64,000 nucleotides of DNA from Sulfurovum sp. (GTDB lineage: Bacteria > Campylobacterota > Campylobacteria > Campylobacterales > Sulfurovaceae). Both the position numbers and the translations under genes were made by a program. The notes below the pieces were generated by a model. It saw only the letters and a program-made list of their open reading frames with translations, was not told where the DNA came from and ran no database searches. The DNA lies in assembly GCA_002733355.1 (NCBI GenBank), contig NVVN01000001.1, positions 324,073 through 388,072 of the forward strand. Direction: 5' to 3'. Numbering within the stretch: position 1 is the stretch's first letter; each line of letters begins with the position of its first letter. Positions 29,191 to 39,055 of the stretch are shown here, piece by piece.

Positions 29191-31193
29191 TATTTGATTG
29201 CCTTGTTTATTTTCTCTATGAGCTTTGTGATATTTTTATCATGTGCAAAACACATCGTCGTTTTACATGCAAGATACTCATCACTCTCTTGCACGCTACT
29301 TAAAAGAAAAGGATACTTAACATCATCTAGTTTATTTTGTGCGATTTGTAACTTTTCTTTCTTCGCATGGACAATTACATTTCCCATTTTAAAACGTAAA
29401 AAAGTATGTACTAATTTGGAGGCACTTTCAGGATGCATCTCTAAAACCTTCCCCATGGCTGATAATGTTTCTTCCACGACTATAGTGTATTTTACCTTCT
29501 CTCTTAACGTTGCCATCTTTAGCAAGTTTTCAAGCATCACAGACAGTGCAGAAGTATAATGCCTGTCATCAAAATCTGCGTAGGTTTTTATCCCATCATC
29601 ACTCAAGTACCAACACTGACCTCTATAAAACTTTGACAGAGCCTCTTTGGTCAATGTCTCTGCCAACATGAGATAGTTCATCTCATACGTTCTTTCATGT
29701 CCCGCTAGAAGGGCATCTATCAAAAAAGCATAGTCTTCCAATAAAGCTTTTTGTGTAGGGGCTTGATGCAGTAATACCTGATGGTAAAGTACCTCGTTTT
29801 TATAAGTAACTTCAAGTAACTTCTCTAATCTTTTTTCGGCCAAGCCTAAATACTTATCATTAATCCTTGAGGCTACAAACAGTGCCTTTATCATCATCGC
29901 ATTCCAAGCAGTGTTGATCTTTTTGTCTATAAAAGGAAAGATTCGCTTATGGCGTACTGCTTTTAAGTAGGCTTTCATTTTATCAAGCTTTACAGGTACC
30001 CTCTCCCCCACTATATGTGTATGTGAAAGATCTCCATCTATATTGCCATCTTCTTCTATCCCCAGATAAGCCAAAGCACCTTCTATCTCTTTGAGTTCCC
30101 ACCCTTTTACCTTCAATGCACTTTTTATTTCAAAATATTCATAGATAAAATACCCTCCCTCTTCACCATCAGAGTCTGCATCACTTGCAGAAAGATAGAC
30201 ACCCTCTTGCATATAGTTTTTCTCCATTTGTGCGATGGTCTCATCCACTACCTTTTTATAGAGTTTATCTTCTGTCATTTCATAAATTTTCACATAGACG
30301 GCTATAAGTTCAGCATTTATATAAAGCATCTTTTCAAAATGAGGTATCTGCCATTCATAGTCTGTCGCATAACGAAAAAAACCCCCTCCAATTTGGTCGT
30401 AAATACCCCCTTCTACCATCTTCTGTAGTGTTTTCTCTGCCATGCTATAGGCTTTTTTATCTCCATTTAGATGATATATATCCAAAAGGAGTTCCAACTT
30501 TGATGCTTCAGGGAATTTTGGTCGTGAAGAAAACCCGCCATTTAGTGCATCAAACTCTTTTCCTATCTTTGATACTACCCTATCTATTATCTTTTTAGTG
30601 AGTGTTATTTTAAGAGTTTGATTCCTGTCTATTTTGTTATATTTTCTAATTGCTTCTGTAAGAGCATCTCTTTTCTCCTGTAACGTTACAAAAGAAGGTA
30701 ATAACTTTAACAAACCCTTTGATCCATACCCCTCTTCTTTAGGAATATAGGTACCTATAAAAAACACTTCTTGTTTAGATGACATAAATACACTCAAAGG
30801 CCATCCACCCCTCTTATTGTGTACCGCCATATAAAGTTTCTGATATTTTTTGTCTATGTGAGAGTATGCTTCTCTGTCTACTTTTATGGAAATGAAATTA
30901 TTATTTAGTATCTTTGCCACTTCTACATCAGTAAAGCTCTCCTCTTCCATCACATGACACCAGNGACAGGTACTGTAACCGATAGAAAGAAAGATGAGTT
31001 TATTTTCTTTTTTTGCCTTATCTAACGCCTCTTTCCCCCAGGGATACCAGTTGACAGGGTTATGTACATGTTGTTGTAAATATGGGGAGTGTTCTTTTAT
31101 GAGTGCATTGGTATGATTGTTTTTAGACCACAAAAAACTTAACAGTACAGTAAACAATAGTATATGTTTAAGATTCGGCATTGAGTGCCTCAC
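29190..31193 (-). CDS. YyaL/SPATA20-like thioredoxin-domain protein
   Basis: [17 protein letters not shown], [15 protein letters not shown] and PHFEKMLY; N-terminal hydrophobic leader. Confidence 0.92.
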   Translation of the reverse strand: MRHSMPNLKHILLFTVLLSFLWSKNNHTNALIKEHSPYLQQHVHNPVNWYPWGKEALDKAKKENKLIFLSIGYSTCXWCHVMEEESFTDVEVAKILNNNFISIKVDREAYSHIDKKYQKLYMAVHNKRGGWPLSVFMSSKQEVFFIGTYIPKEEGYGSKGLLKLLPSFVTLQEKRDALTEAIRKYNKIDRNQTLKITLTKKIIDRVVSKIGKEFDALNGGFSSRPKFPEASKLELLLDIYHLNGDKKAYSMAEKTLQKMVEGGIYDQIGGGFFRYATDYEWQIPHFEKMLYINAELIAVYVKIYEMTEDKLYKKVVDETIAQMEKNYMQEGVYLSASDADSDGEEGGYFIYEYFEIKSALKVKGWELKEIEGALAYLGIEEDGNIDGDLSHTHIVGERVPVKLDKMKAYLKAVRHKRIFPFIDKKINTAWNAMMIKALFVASRINDKYLGLAEKRLEKLLEVTYKNEVLYHQVLLHQAPTQKALLEDYAFLIDALLAGHERTYEMNYLMLAETLTKEALSKFYRGQCWYLSDDGIKTYADFDDRHYTSALSVMLENLLKMATLREKVKYTIVVEETLSAMGKVLEMHPESASKLVHTFLRFKMGNVIVHAKKEKLQIAQNKLDDVKYPFLLSSVQESDEYLACKTTMCFAHDKNITKLIEKINKAIK

Positions 31194-31266
31194 TGTACTG
31201 AATTTTAATTCTTATCATCGCTACTCTTTTGTGTATAATGATTCAATATAGCATAAAGTAGGATTT

Positions 31267-31605
31267 ATGACCAAAAAAGAAAAACAGAGCATAAAAGAAA
31301 AGATAGAAAACGACATCGTGCAACTTAAAGAACAAATCATAAATCTGGAAGAAAAAGTAAAACCTATCTCACCAGACTGTGGACTTGGACGTCTTACACG
31401 TCTTGAAGCCATGGGAGAGCAACATGTAAACAACAAAGTACTGGATGAATCACGCCTCAGACTCACACGACTAGACAATGCCCTACAACGCATAGACAAA
31501 GCAATGTTTGGTATCTGCATAGAGTGTGAAGAAAGTATAGGTGTCGGACGTATGTCTATACGTCCAGAAAGTGTGAGATGTGTGGCATGTGCAAATCTAT
31601 CATAA
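31267..31605 (+). CDS. TraR/DksA family C4 zinc-finger protein
   Basis: Coiled-coil N-terminus, then FGICIECEESI...RPESVRCVAC. Confidence 0.9.
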   Translation: MTKKEKQSIKEKIENDIVQLKEQIINLEEKVKPISPDCGLGRLTRLEAMGEQHVNNKVLDESRLRLTRLDNALQRIDKAMFGICIECEESIGVGRMSIRPESVRCVACANLS

Positions 31606-31637
31606 TACGGTACTAGAGTAAAGCTCCTCTACCTTTC

Positions 31638-32291
31638 CTATAAGCTCTCTATATTCCCAACTACTTTCCCAACAATAGTCACTTCATCCGCAGCAATAGC
31701 CTGAGGAGGGTAAAGACTATTATCAGAAATGAGCTCTACCATACCGTCTACCCGTTGCTGAATACGTTTGATAAAGAGCCCACCTGTCGTTGAAGCGATA
31801 AAAATACCATTTTTATTAATATTCGTCTGTGTTCTATCTACAAAAACGATGCTTCCATCTTGAAGTGTAGGCTCCATGGACTCGCCATCTACATGGATTG
31901 CTTCAAGCTCTGTATTACCCATGCCAACCATATTGTGCATAATCTTCTCATCTAGCGTAATAGTCTCATAGTTTTCATCAAACACTTCAGCCCCACCCCC
32001 TGCACTTGCACGGATATCAGAAAAATACCGTACTTGAAAAAACTTTTCAGTCTCAACTTTTAACATATCCACTGCCTGATCAAAAAATAGCCAATTGACT
32101 GAAATTTTCTTCAGTGCACAAAACTCCAATATCTCTTCATAAGGGATGGAATTTCTTTTCTTCATCGTTGCAAAAGTTGCCTGAGGGATATTCAAAGCAT
32201 CAGCCACATCTTTGTCAAATACTTTTTTACCTATTATGCTTTCTGAAATTACATCTTTTAACTTATCTATCACTTCGCTTAAAACTAACAT
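31638..32291 (-). CDS. CI/LexA-like repressor: phage-CI-type HTH plus S24 autopeptidase
   Basis: Ala-Gly scissile site (RASAGGG), catalytic Ser (GESMEP) and Lys (FIKR); start ATG 32291 after AAAGGAG. Confidence 0.92.
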   Translation of the reverse strand: MLVLSEVIDKLKDVISESIIGKKVFDKDVADALNIPQATFATMKKRNSIPYEEILEFCALKKISVNWLFFDQAVDMLKVETEKFFQVRYFSDIRASAGGGAEVFDENYETITLDEKIMHNMVGMGNTELEAIHVDGESMEPTLQDGSIVFVDRTQTNINKNGIFIASTTGGLFIKRIQQRVDGMVELISDNSLYPPQAIAADEVTIVGKVVGNIESL

Positions 32292-32344
32292 ATTGACTCC
32301 TTTTCCATATATATAGGTAATCATATACTAAGTTTTCTTAAAAG

Positions 32345-32361
32345 TATGACAATTTGACATA
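32345..32361. promoter_or_regulatory. Putative operator 1
   Basis: TATGACAA-T-TTGACATA, one mismatch from the perfect palindrome. It overlaps back-to-back -35-like hexamers (TTGACA on +, TTGTCA on -). Confidence 0.7.
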
Positions 32362-32385
32362 TTTTTTAGTATTTTTACCATTTAA

Positions 32386-32402
32386 CTATACAATTTGACA
32401 TA
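32386..32402. promoter_or_regulatory. Putative operator 2
   Basis: CTATACAA-T-TTGACATA, 41 bp from operator 1 and just upstream of the small-ORF RBS. Confidence 0.6.
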
Positions 32403-32423
32403 TTTAATCATAAAGGATATCAA

Positions 32424-32537
32424 ATGGTATACTCAAAAAATAAAGAATTATTAAGCTACGCAATTAAAATGGGATGTAAAACAGCAGCAGATTTTGCAAT
32501 GTTTTTAAGAGCGAGAAATTCTATTCTAGCTCTTTAA
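32424..32537 (+). CDS. Small protein (37 aa) divergent from the repressor; absent from the ORF track
   Basis: AAAGGA RBS then ATG; MVYSKNKELLSYAIKMGCKTAADFAMFLRARNSILAL; ends 4 bp before the convergent moeA stop. Confidence 0.65.
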   Translation: MVYSKNKELLSYAIKMGCKTAADFAMFLRARNSILAL

Positions 32538-32541
32538 TACT

Positions 32542-33741
32542 TTAACCAAAAAGTAAAATACTAACCTCATCACCTATCACCTTAGAGGTATCTTCTTCTG
32601 AGGTAACCAAGAGTGCTACATTGCCAAGCATATTGGTAAGTATGGCTGAAGAGCCGACTTTTTTATCTTTAAAGTCTACATAGTATTCACCTTGATGTAA
32701 TGAGACATTACACGCAGTAAACTCTGCTTTTTTGGCACGTTTAACAAAAGGCTCTCCAAGTTTTGCTTTGACTATACGCAAAGCACATTTACCACGTTGC
32801 AGTTTCGCTATGAGAGGAACAAGGTAAAGAAGTGCAGTCACTGTAGATGAGAAGGCAAAGCCTGGTAGCCCTATAATGAACTTATCATCTTTACGTGCTA
32901 CCATGATGTGTTGGCCCGGCTTTACACGTACACCCTTAAAGACCACTTCACAGTCAAGTTCGTAAATGACATCTTTCACAAAATCAAAGTCGCCCACGCT
33001 TACACCACCTGTGGTGACTACGATGTCAGATTTCTCTATGGCTTCAGAGATTTCTTTCGTGATAGTTGCTTTATCATCTTTGATGCAACCAAGTTGCAAT
33101 GGCACAGCATCATACTTGTTAACAATAGCCTCTAGTATATAGTTATTTGACGAGCGTATCTGAGCATCATTGGTCTGTTCTTCACCTAACTCTAGTAATT
33201 CTGAACCTGTAGAGAGTATGGCAACTATTGGTTTTTCATACACAAGGACATTGGCAATATTGAGGCTTGCCATCACACCTATCTGAGGAAAGTCTATCTT
33301 TGTACCTTTAGGGATGAGTAGTTGCCCTTGAGCATAATTCTCTCCCACTTCGCGCACAGAAAACCCTTGTGACACCTCTTCATTGATAATAATATCGTCA
33401 CCTTCTACACTGACGTTCTCTATAGGTATAAGCGTATCTGCACCATGAGGCATGAGAGAACCTGTAAAGGTTTTGATACACGTCCCACCTATGACCTCTT
33501 TTTTAAGTGCAGAACCAGCAGGATTTACACTCTCAATTTTCAGTCTACCAAGCGTCATGTCTTCATGGATGATAGCATAACCATCCATAGCAGAAGTAGG
33601 AAGTTCTGGAGAGTTATGGTCAGCCACAATATCCATTGCAAGCACATACCCTAAAGCATCTACAAGGTAGAGTTCTTTTATTCTATAACTATTTATCTCA
33701 AGATTTTTTAGTATCTCTATCGATTCATCAAAGTGGATCAT
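32542..33741 (-). CDS. moeA: Molybdopterin molybdotransferase MoeA
   Basis: SAMDGYA, STGSEL, TTGGVSVGDFDFVK and GLPG; start at ATG 33741 after AAGGA. Confidence 0.95.
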   Translation of the reverse strand: MIHFDESIEILKNLEINSYRIKELYLVDALGYVLAMDIVADHNSPELPTSAMDGYAIIHEDMTLGRLKIESVNPAGSALKKEVIGGTCIKTFTGSLMPHGADTLIPIENVSVEGDDIIINEEVSQGFSVREVGENYAQGQLLIPKGTKIDFPQIGVMASLNIANVLVYEKPIVAILSTGSELLELGEEQTNDAQIRSSNNYILEAIVNKYDAVPLQLGCIKDDKATITKEISEAIEKSDIVVTTGGVSVGDFDFVKDVIYELDCEVVFKGVRVKPGQHIMVARKDDKFIIGLPGFAFSSTVTALLYLVPLIAKLQRGKCALRIVKAKLGEPFVKRAKKAEFTACNVSLHQGEYYVDFKDKKVGSSAILTNMLGNVALLVTSEEDTSKVIGDEVSILLFG

Positions 33742-33857
33742 ATGTTTCCTTCTTCTTAAAAATGAGCATAGCTCATCTTTTAATTGCCCAACGTCAAATA
33801 AACCCTTGGGGTGCATCTCATTAGAGCTTCAGTTGAAACCTCAAGAGTATATTCTTA

Positions 33858-34292
33858 TTATTTTAAGAGCCCTGCACCATCCATAGGTGTGCTTCTATCT
33901 GCAGCGTAAATACGTGCACCATTTTTTACATCATATTTCCATATAGGGGCATTGGCTTTAAAGTCTTCTACAAACGCGTCTATAAGTTCCAACGCTACTC
34001 TACGTCTAGGAGAAAATACAGCCGAAACATACGATGAAGTATGTACAGGCACATCACCTAGCGAATGTGCCATTTTTACAACTGCACCTAGTGCCTTAGC
34101 TTTTTCTTGCCACTCATCAAACCACTTCTGAAGTACAGGCTCATAGATATCAAAACTCAAAGCTTCGATGTCATCTTCTGCGCGTATAGTTCCCACAAAG
34201 GGTATGTACGCACCATAGTTTGACACTGCTTGTTCATCAAGCCAACGACCAAATATTTCTTTAGTGTCTAGCGGGCCATTATAAAGCTCCAC
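33858..34292 (-). CDS. moaE: Molybdopterin synthase catalytic subunit
   Basis: FVGTIR, HSLGDV, SPRRR and FKANAPIWK. Confidence 0.93.
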   Translation of the reverse strand: MELYNGPLDTKEIFGRWLDEQAVSNYGAYIPFVGTIRAEDDIEALSFDIYEPVLQKWFDEWQEKAKALGAVVKMAHSLGDVPVHTSSYVSAVFSPRRRVALELIDAFVEDFKANAPIWKYDVKNGARIYAADRSTPMDGAGLLK

Positions 34293-34295
34293 TAC

Positions 34296-34517
34296 TTAAC
34301 CACCACACACAGGAGGTAAAATGGAAACTCTATCGCCATCTTTAAGGACAGTATTGAGGTCATTTACCATATTGTCATTAAGTGCTACTGCACACTTGTC
34401 TAACCATACCAGTAAAGTACTGTCTTCTTTTAGCTTGGCAGAAACATCTGCTAAAGTACTAGCTTCCATCTCTACAGGTTCTTTTCCAATAGGGCCTAAA
34501 AATTCTACTTTTATCAT
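34296..34517 (-). CDS. moaD: Molybdopterin synthase sulfur carrier
   Basis: 73 aa ending in LPPVCGG (C-terminal Gly-Gly); adjacent to moaE. Confidence 0.93.
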   Translation of the reverse strand: MIKVEFLGPIGKEPVEMEASTLADVSAKLKEDSTLLVWLDKCAVALNDNMVNDLNTVLKDGDRVSILPPVCGG

Positions 34518-34560
34518 GAGAAATTCCTCTCTAACTATTATCGCGATTATAAATCTTGTT

Positions 34561-34569
34561 TGGTATAAT
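34561..34569 (+). promoter_or_regulatory. Extended -10 promoter element of mqnA
   Basis: TGGTATAAT (TGnTATAAT) 21 bp upstream of the start codon. Confidence 0.6.
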
Positions 34570-34590
34570 CATGCTTAAAAAAGGGTTTGT

Positions 34591-35238
34591 ATGCTGTTTG
34601 GCTCCATTGGCTATCTTAATCTTTTACCTTTTCAAGTATTCTTAAGACGCTACATCTCCAATACCCAAGCTAAAATGACATTTCGCAATAAACGTGCAGT
34701 ACCCTCTGTTATCAATAGTGCTTTTAAAAGAAAGTCTATTCATGCGGCTTTCATATCCTCTGTAGAATCTCGCAAGTGTAAATGTACCGACTTAGGCATC
34801 ATAGCCCATAAAAAAGTCTACTCTGTGCTACTGCTTAAAGGGAAAAACCAAACAGACCCAGCCTCTGCTACCTCCAATCAACTAGCACGTGTTTTAAACC
34901 TACAAGGCAAAGTCCTCATAGGTGACGCAGCACTCAAGCACTATTTAGAGGGAGGTAAAGGCATAGACTTGGCGACCGCATGGTACGACAAAACGGGTTT
35001 ACCTTTTGTCTTTGCAAGACTCTGTTACAACAAGCACGGAGAAAGTATAGAAAAGCTAGCTAAACATTTTGCAAACACTAAAGTAAAAATACCTCAATAC
35101 ATTTTAAAACGTGAAGCAAAAAAAAGAGAGATTAGCCCAAAGCAACTTACTTGGTACTTAGGTCATATATATTATGAGATAGATTGGAAGGCTAAGAGAT
35201 CTTTGAAATTATTTTTAAAAGAGAGTAAAAAAGGTTAA
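34591..35238 (+). CDS. mqnA: Chorismate dehydratase, futalosine menaquinone pathway
   Basis: IGYLNLLP, SATS, VLIGDAAL and TGLPFVFA. Confidence 0.88.
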   Translation: MLFGSIGYLNLLPFQVFLRRYISNTQAKMTFRNKRAVPSVINSAFKRKSIHAAFISSVESRKCKCTDLGIIAHKKVYSVLLLKGKNQTDPASATSNQLARVLNLQGKVLIGDAALKHYLEGGKGIDLATAWYDKTGLPFVFARLCYNKHGESIEKLAKHFANTKVKIPQYILKREAKKREISPKQLTWYLGHIYYEIDWKAKRSLKLFLKESKKG

Positions 35239-35242
35239 GCTT

Positions 35243-36628
35243 TTACTCTATCGTGGCAATAGCCTTCTCTACACGAGAAATCGTCTCATCAACCCCCAAG
35301 ATAGCCATAATCTCATCAAGTCCTGAACCCGTCATAGACCCCATTAGGCTTACACGTAGTGGCATACCTATCTTCCCAAAGCCTATCTCTTTTTCTTCTA
35401 CTATCTTTTCCATCACTGAATGGAAAGCTTTTTTAGTAGTAGGGCTTGCAATCACAAGCATATCTGCAAAAGTGTTGAGTATCTCTTTTGCTTCCCCTTT
35501 GAAGGCTTTTTTCGCTGATTTTTCATCGTATTGCGTAGGTGCAGTAGTGATAAGCTTGATTTGCTCTGCTAACTCTACGAGGGTTTTACCTCTCTCTTTG
35601 GTAGCAGAGAGGAGCATAGAGGCTTTATCGTTACCCTCTAGGTCGACACCAAACTCTTTTAGTAGTTCGATAAGCTCACTGTCAAGCTTATTTTTAATAT
35701 AGTGTGCATTGAGCCATAGTAGCTTGTCAAGGTTATAATTCGATGATGACTTATTGATATCATTTGGGTCAAAGAGAGTTATCATCTCTTCTAAGCTAAA
35801 AATCTCTTGGTCTCCATGACTCCAGCCTAGACGCACAAGGAAGTTAAGTAATGCTTCTGGCAAATAACCCATACTTTTATAGTCCATGACATCAGTTGCA
35901 CCATCGCGCTTAGAAAGTTTTTTGCCTTGTTCATTGTTTATCATCGCTACATGGTAGAAGTGGGGTAACTCCAGTCCTAGTGCGTTGTAAANCACTATCT
36001 GCTTAGGTGTATTATAGAGATGGTCATCACCACGTATGACTTCTGTGCAACCCATCAGCGCATCGTCTATGGCCACTACAAAGTTATAGGTAGGTGCACC
36101 ATCTGCACGCGCGATGACAAAGTCATCCACTTCAGTGGCAGCGATATTTATCTCGCCCTTCACTCCATCCACAAAAGTAATCATCCCCTCTTGCGGAGCT
36201 TTTATACGGATGACAGGCTCTACACCTTCTGGAGGTGTACCTGTAAAGTCACGGTAGCGTCCATCATAACGTGTACGCTCTTTTTTAGCCATCTGCTCTT
36301 CGCGAAGTGCAGCTAACTCATCTTTAGACATATAACACTTATATGCCTTACCTTCATCAAGTAATTGGTCTATATACTTTTTATACAGATCAAAACGTTT
36401 AGACTGATAAACTACTTCTCCATCACAATCCATACCTACCCACTCAAAAGCTTTTAAGATGGCATCTTTTGCCTCTTTAGAGTTACGTGCCATATCTGTG
36501 TCTTCTATGCGAAGTAAAAATGTACCTTTGTTGTGCTGTGCTGTAAGCCATGAAAAAAGTGCGGTTCTAAGCCCACCAATGTGTAAATACCCCGTTGGAG
36601 AGGGTGCAAAACGTGTTACTACTGACAT
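35243..36628 (-). CDS. gltX: Glutamate--tRNA ligase
   Basis: RFAPSPTGYLHIGG (HIGH-like) and KKLSKR (KMSKS-like). Confidence 0.97.
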   Translation of the reverse strand: MSVVTRFAPSPTGYLHIGGLRTALFSWLTAQHNKGTFLLRIEDTDMARNSKEAKDAILKAFEWVGMDCDGEVVYQSKRFDLYKKYIDQLLDEGKAYKCYMSKDELAALREEQMAKKERTRYDGRYRDFTGTPPEGVEPVIRIKAPQEGMITFVDGVKGEINIAATEVDDFVIARADGAPTYNFVVAIDDALMGCTEVIRGDDHLYNTPKQIVXYNALGLELPHFYHVAMINNEQGKKLSKRDGATDVMDYKSMGYLPEALLNFLVRLGWSHGDQEIFSLEEMITLFDPNDINKSSSNYNLDKLLWLNAHYIKNKLDSELIELLKEFGVDLEGNDKASMLLSATKERGKTLVELAEQIKLITTAPTQYDEKSAKKAFKGEAKEILNTFADMLVIASPTTKKAFHSVMEKIVEEKEIGFGKIGMPLRVSLMGSMTGSGLDEIMAILGVDETISRVEKAIATIE

Positions 36629-36737
36629 TACTATACCTTGTAAATAAATTATGTGATTGTATCTAAAATGTGGTTAAGGGGATTTATAAGAGAAGAAGAG
36701 GTTGTACCCTTGAGTACTTCCTCCTTAATGAAAAATC

Positions 36738-37223
36738 TTAGTTCTTTTCTTTTTTTGCTTTTGTCTTTTTAGTTTTTAGCTCTTTCTTCTTTTTAGCTGA
36801 AGATTTAATCTTACGTTTCTTTTTTTCTTTTGTATCGGACTTAGCTTTAGATTTTGTCTTTTTTGTCTTCTTCGGTTTTTCTTTCATCTCTTTTTTTGAA
36901 GCTTTTGTTTTTTTAGAAACTTTTTTCTTGGTTGTTTTGCTCTTAGTTGTTTTTTTCACTTTCTTAACATCAGTGGAAGACTTCACATTGTTTTTAACAT
37001 TCGCAGCTGTCTGTTCACCAATACCTTCAACTCTTTGAAAATCATCAAAAGATTTAAATTTCCCTTTTCTTCTCTCTTTTATAATCGCAGCTGCTTTCAC
37101 ATCCCCAATACCATTGATTTCCATTAATTCNACTTTAGATGCAGAGTTTAACTGAGAAAGGCTCATCCCAAATAGTGTAGTAGTTGCCAATACCAAAAAT
37201 CCCGCAATCATNNTNNNTAACNN
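36738..37223 (-). CDS. ComEA-like helix-hairpin-helix DNA-binding protein with signal peptide and Lys-rich tail; start lies in an N-rich patch
   Basis: LNSASKxELMEINGIGDVKAAAII...FKSFDDFQRVEGIG (two HhH motifs); about 75-aa K/T/S-rich C-terminus. Confidence 0.8.
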   Translation of the reverse strand, partial: XLXXMIAGFLVLATTTLFGMSLSQLNSASKXELMEINGIGDVKAAAIIKERRKGKFKSFDDFQRVEGIGEQTAANVKNNVKSSTDVKKVKKTTKSKTTKKKVSKKTKASKKEMKEKPKKTKKTKSKAKSDTKEKKKRKIKSSAKKKKELKTKKTKAKKEKN

Positions 37224-37299
37224 ANTNCNNCCTNTNATATTNNNNNNNATNTNNNNNTGNNNANNNNNNNNTNTCTTTGNAATATCTCTAGTTAGCACA

Positions 37300-37327
37300 T
37301 CAGGTGTTATTTTAAGATAACACCTGA
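37300..37327. repeat. Perfect 11-bp inverted repeat in the leader of the ComEA-like gene
   Basis: TCAGGTGTTAT-N6-ATAACACCTGA immediately downstream of a minus-strand TATAAT (37330-37335). Confidence 0.7.
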
Positions 37328-37519
37328 AGATTATAACGAATCTTCTCTTGTGAATTCTAGCACTATTTTAATCATGTGTAACTTGGAACCAAATGTAATT
37401 AAAAATCATTCATACAACTCCTACACGAAGATATATTAAACTGTTACTGTATATAAGAGTATTCATATAATATTTACAGCTTTATGTTATAATTTTCAAC
37501 TTTATTGAATGGAAGTCAA

Positions 37520-38341
37520 ATGAACAAAATATTTTTACATCTCATTATAATTTTTATCTTCAGTGTAGTACCTCAAGCTAAAATGATTGATGGGATTGCA
37601 CTCATTGTTGAGGGAGAGGCAGTCACTACAGCAGAAATTCGTGCAGTTCAAACACAATTAGATGTTTCCAAAGAACAAGCAATTGATTTACTTATTCAAG
37701 ACCGACTTCAAAAAGCTGCGATGAAGGATATTGAAATCTCAGAGGAAAGCATTGATGCGAAAATCACCGAGATAGCAGAGCAAAATGATATCACTATCCC
37801 TAAAATGCAGAAAATATTACTTGAGCAAGGAACAAAATGGGTGAAATATCGTAAAAGCATCAAAGAGTCTCTCAAAAAAAGTAAGTTTTTCCAAAAAGAA
37901 GTTTTAGCATCCATACCAACCCCCAGCGAAGATGAACTCAAACTTTTTTATAATAGTCATAAAGAATTATTTACCATTCCTACAAGCATAGCTGTAACAG
38001 AATACTCCTCACCGTCCAAAGACAAAATAGATGTATTTTTAAAAACACGCAAAGCTAAAAATGTAAAATCACGTACCCTCATAAAATATACTAAAGACCT
38101 CGAGACTTCTATACTTTCCATACTGATGCAAACACAAAATGGTAACTATACCCGTCCTATCAATGCAGGTGACAGATATATCGTCTATAGAGTAAATGAA
38201 AAAAAAGGTGAAACGACTATGCCTTTTGAAATGGCAAAAGGTGCTGTAGGTGCAAAATGGAAAGAGCAACAACAAAGCAAAGCACTTAAAGATTATTTTG
38301 AAAAACTACGTACACGTGCAGATATACAAAAAGTACGATAA
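37520..38341 (+). CDS. SurA-like periplasmic chaperone / PPIase
   Basis: Signal peptide, IDGIALIVEGEAVT SurA N-domain and YFEKLRTRADI; TGTTATAAT at 37485-37493. Confidence 0.8.
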   Translation: MNKIFLHLIIIFIFSVVPQAKMIDGIALIVEGEAVTTAEIRAVQTQLDVSKEQAIDLLIQDRLQKAAMKDIEISEESIDAKITEIAEQNDITIPKMQKILLEQGTKWVKYRKSIKESLKKSKFFQKEVLASIPTPSEDELKLFYNSHKELFTIPTSIAVTEYSSPSKDKIDVFLKTRKAKNVKSRTLIKYTKDLETSILSILMQTQNGNYTRPINAGDRYIVYRVNEKKGETTMPFEMAKGAVGAKWKEQQQSKALKDYFEKLRTRADIQKVR

Positions 38342-38362
38342 CATACTAAATAAAGGGAAACA

Positions 38363-38929
38363 ATGGGTTTAAAATCTGACAAATGGATACGTGATAAATC
38401 ACAGAATGAAAAAATGATAACACCTTTTTGCGAAGGTCTTGTAGGAGAAGGAGTTGTCTCCTATGGTCTAAGCTCTTATGGATACGACATACGGGTTTCA
38501 AATGAATTTAAAATTTTTACGAATATCAATGCTGAAGTGGTTGACCCCAAAGACTTTAACCAAAACAATGTAGTCGACTTTAAAGGCGATGTCTGCATCG
38601 TGCCTCCTAACTCATTTGCACTTGCACGAACCATAGAATACTTTAAAATGCCACAAGACACACTTGCTATTTGTTTGGGGAAAAGTACCTATGCACGTTG
38701 TGGTATTATCGTGAATGTTACACCTTTTGAGCCAGGCTTTGAAGGACATATTACCATAGAAATCTCTAACACTACCCCGCTTCCTGCAAAAATATATGCC
38801 AATGAAGGCATTGCTCAGGTACTCTTTTTTCAAGGTGATGAACAATGTGAAACTACCTATTCAGATAGAAAAGGAAAATACCAAAGTCAAACAGGTATTA
38901 CGCTTCCACGTATTTTAAAGAAGGGCTAA
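38363..38929 (+). CDS. dcd: dCTP deaminase
   Basis: [19 protein letters not shown] and YANEGIAQ. Confidence 0.96.
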   Translation: MGLKSDKWIRDKSQNEKMITPFCEGLVGEGVVSYGLSSYGYDIRVSNEFKIFTNINAEVVDPKDFNQNNVVDFKGDVCIVPPNSFALARTIEYFKMPQDTLAICLGKSTYARCGIIVNVTPFEPGFEGHITIEISNTTPLPAKIYANEGIAQVLFFQGDEQCETTYSDRKGKYQSQTGITLPRILKKG

Positions 38930-39055
38930 TATCGAAATATATTAGTCCTTCTCTTTTCATTTAGGTGATTCATGGATTCTATCTACTTACATATGTTTTT
39001 CCAAACAAATGTGTTACAATGCCAAAAATTCCTATATAGTGAAAGTAAGGTATTA

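Noticed and set aside
31638..32537. Prophage immunity region
   Set aside because: No integrase, structural, replication or lysis genes flank it. Its neighbours are housekeeping genes, and the motif recurs at distant chromosomal sites.
33742..33816. N-terminal extension of MoeA in the ORF track
   Set aside because: A good AAGGA SD precedes ATG 33741 and the extension runs through a hairpin, so it is probably untranslated.
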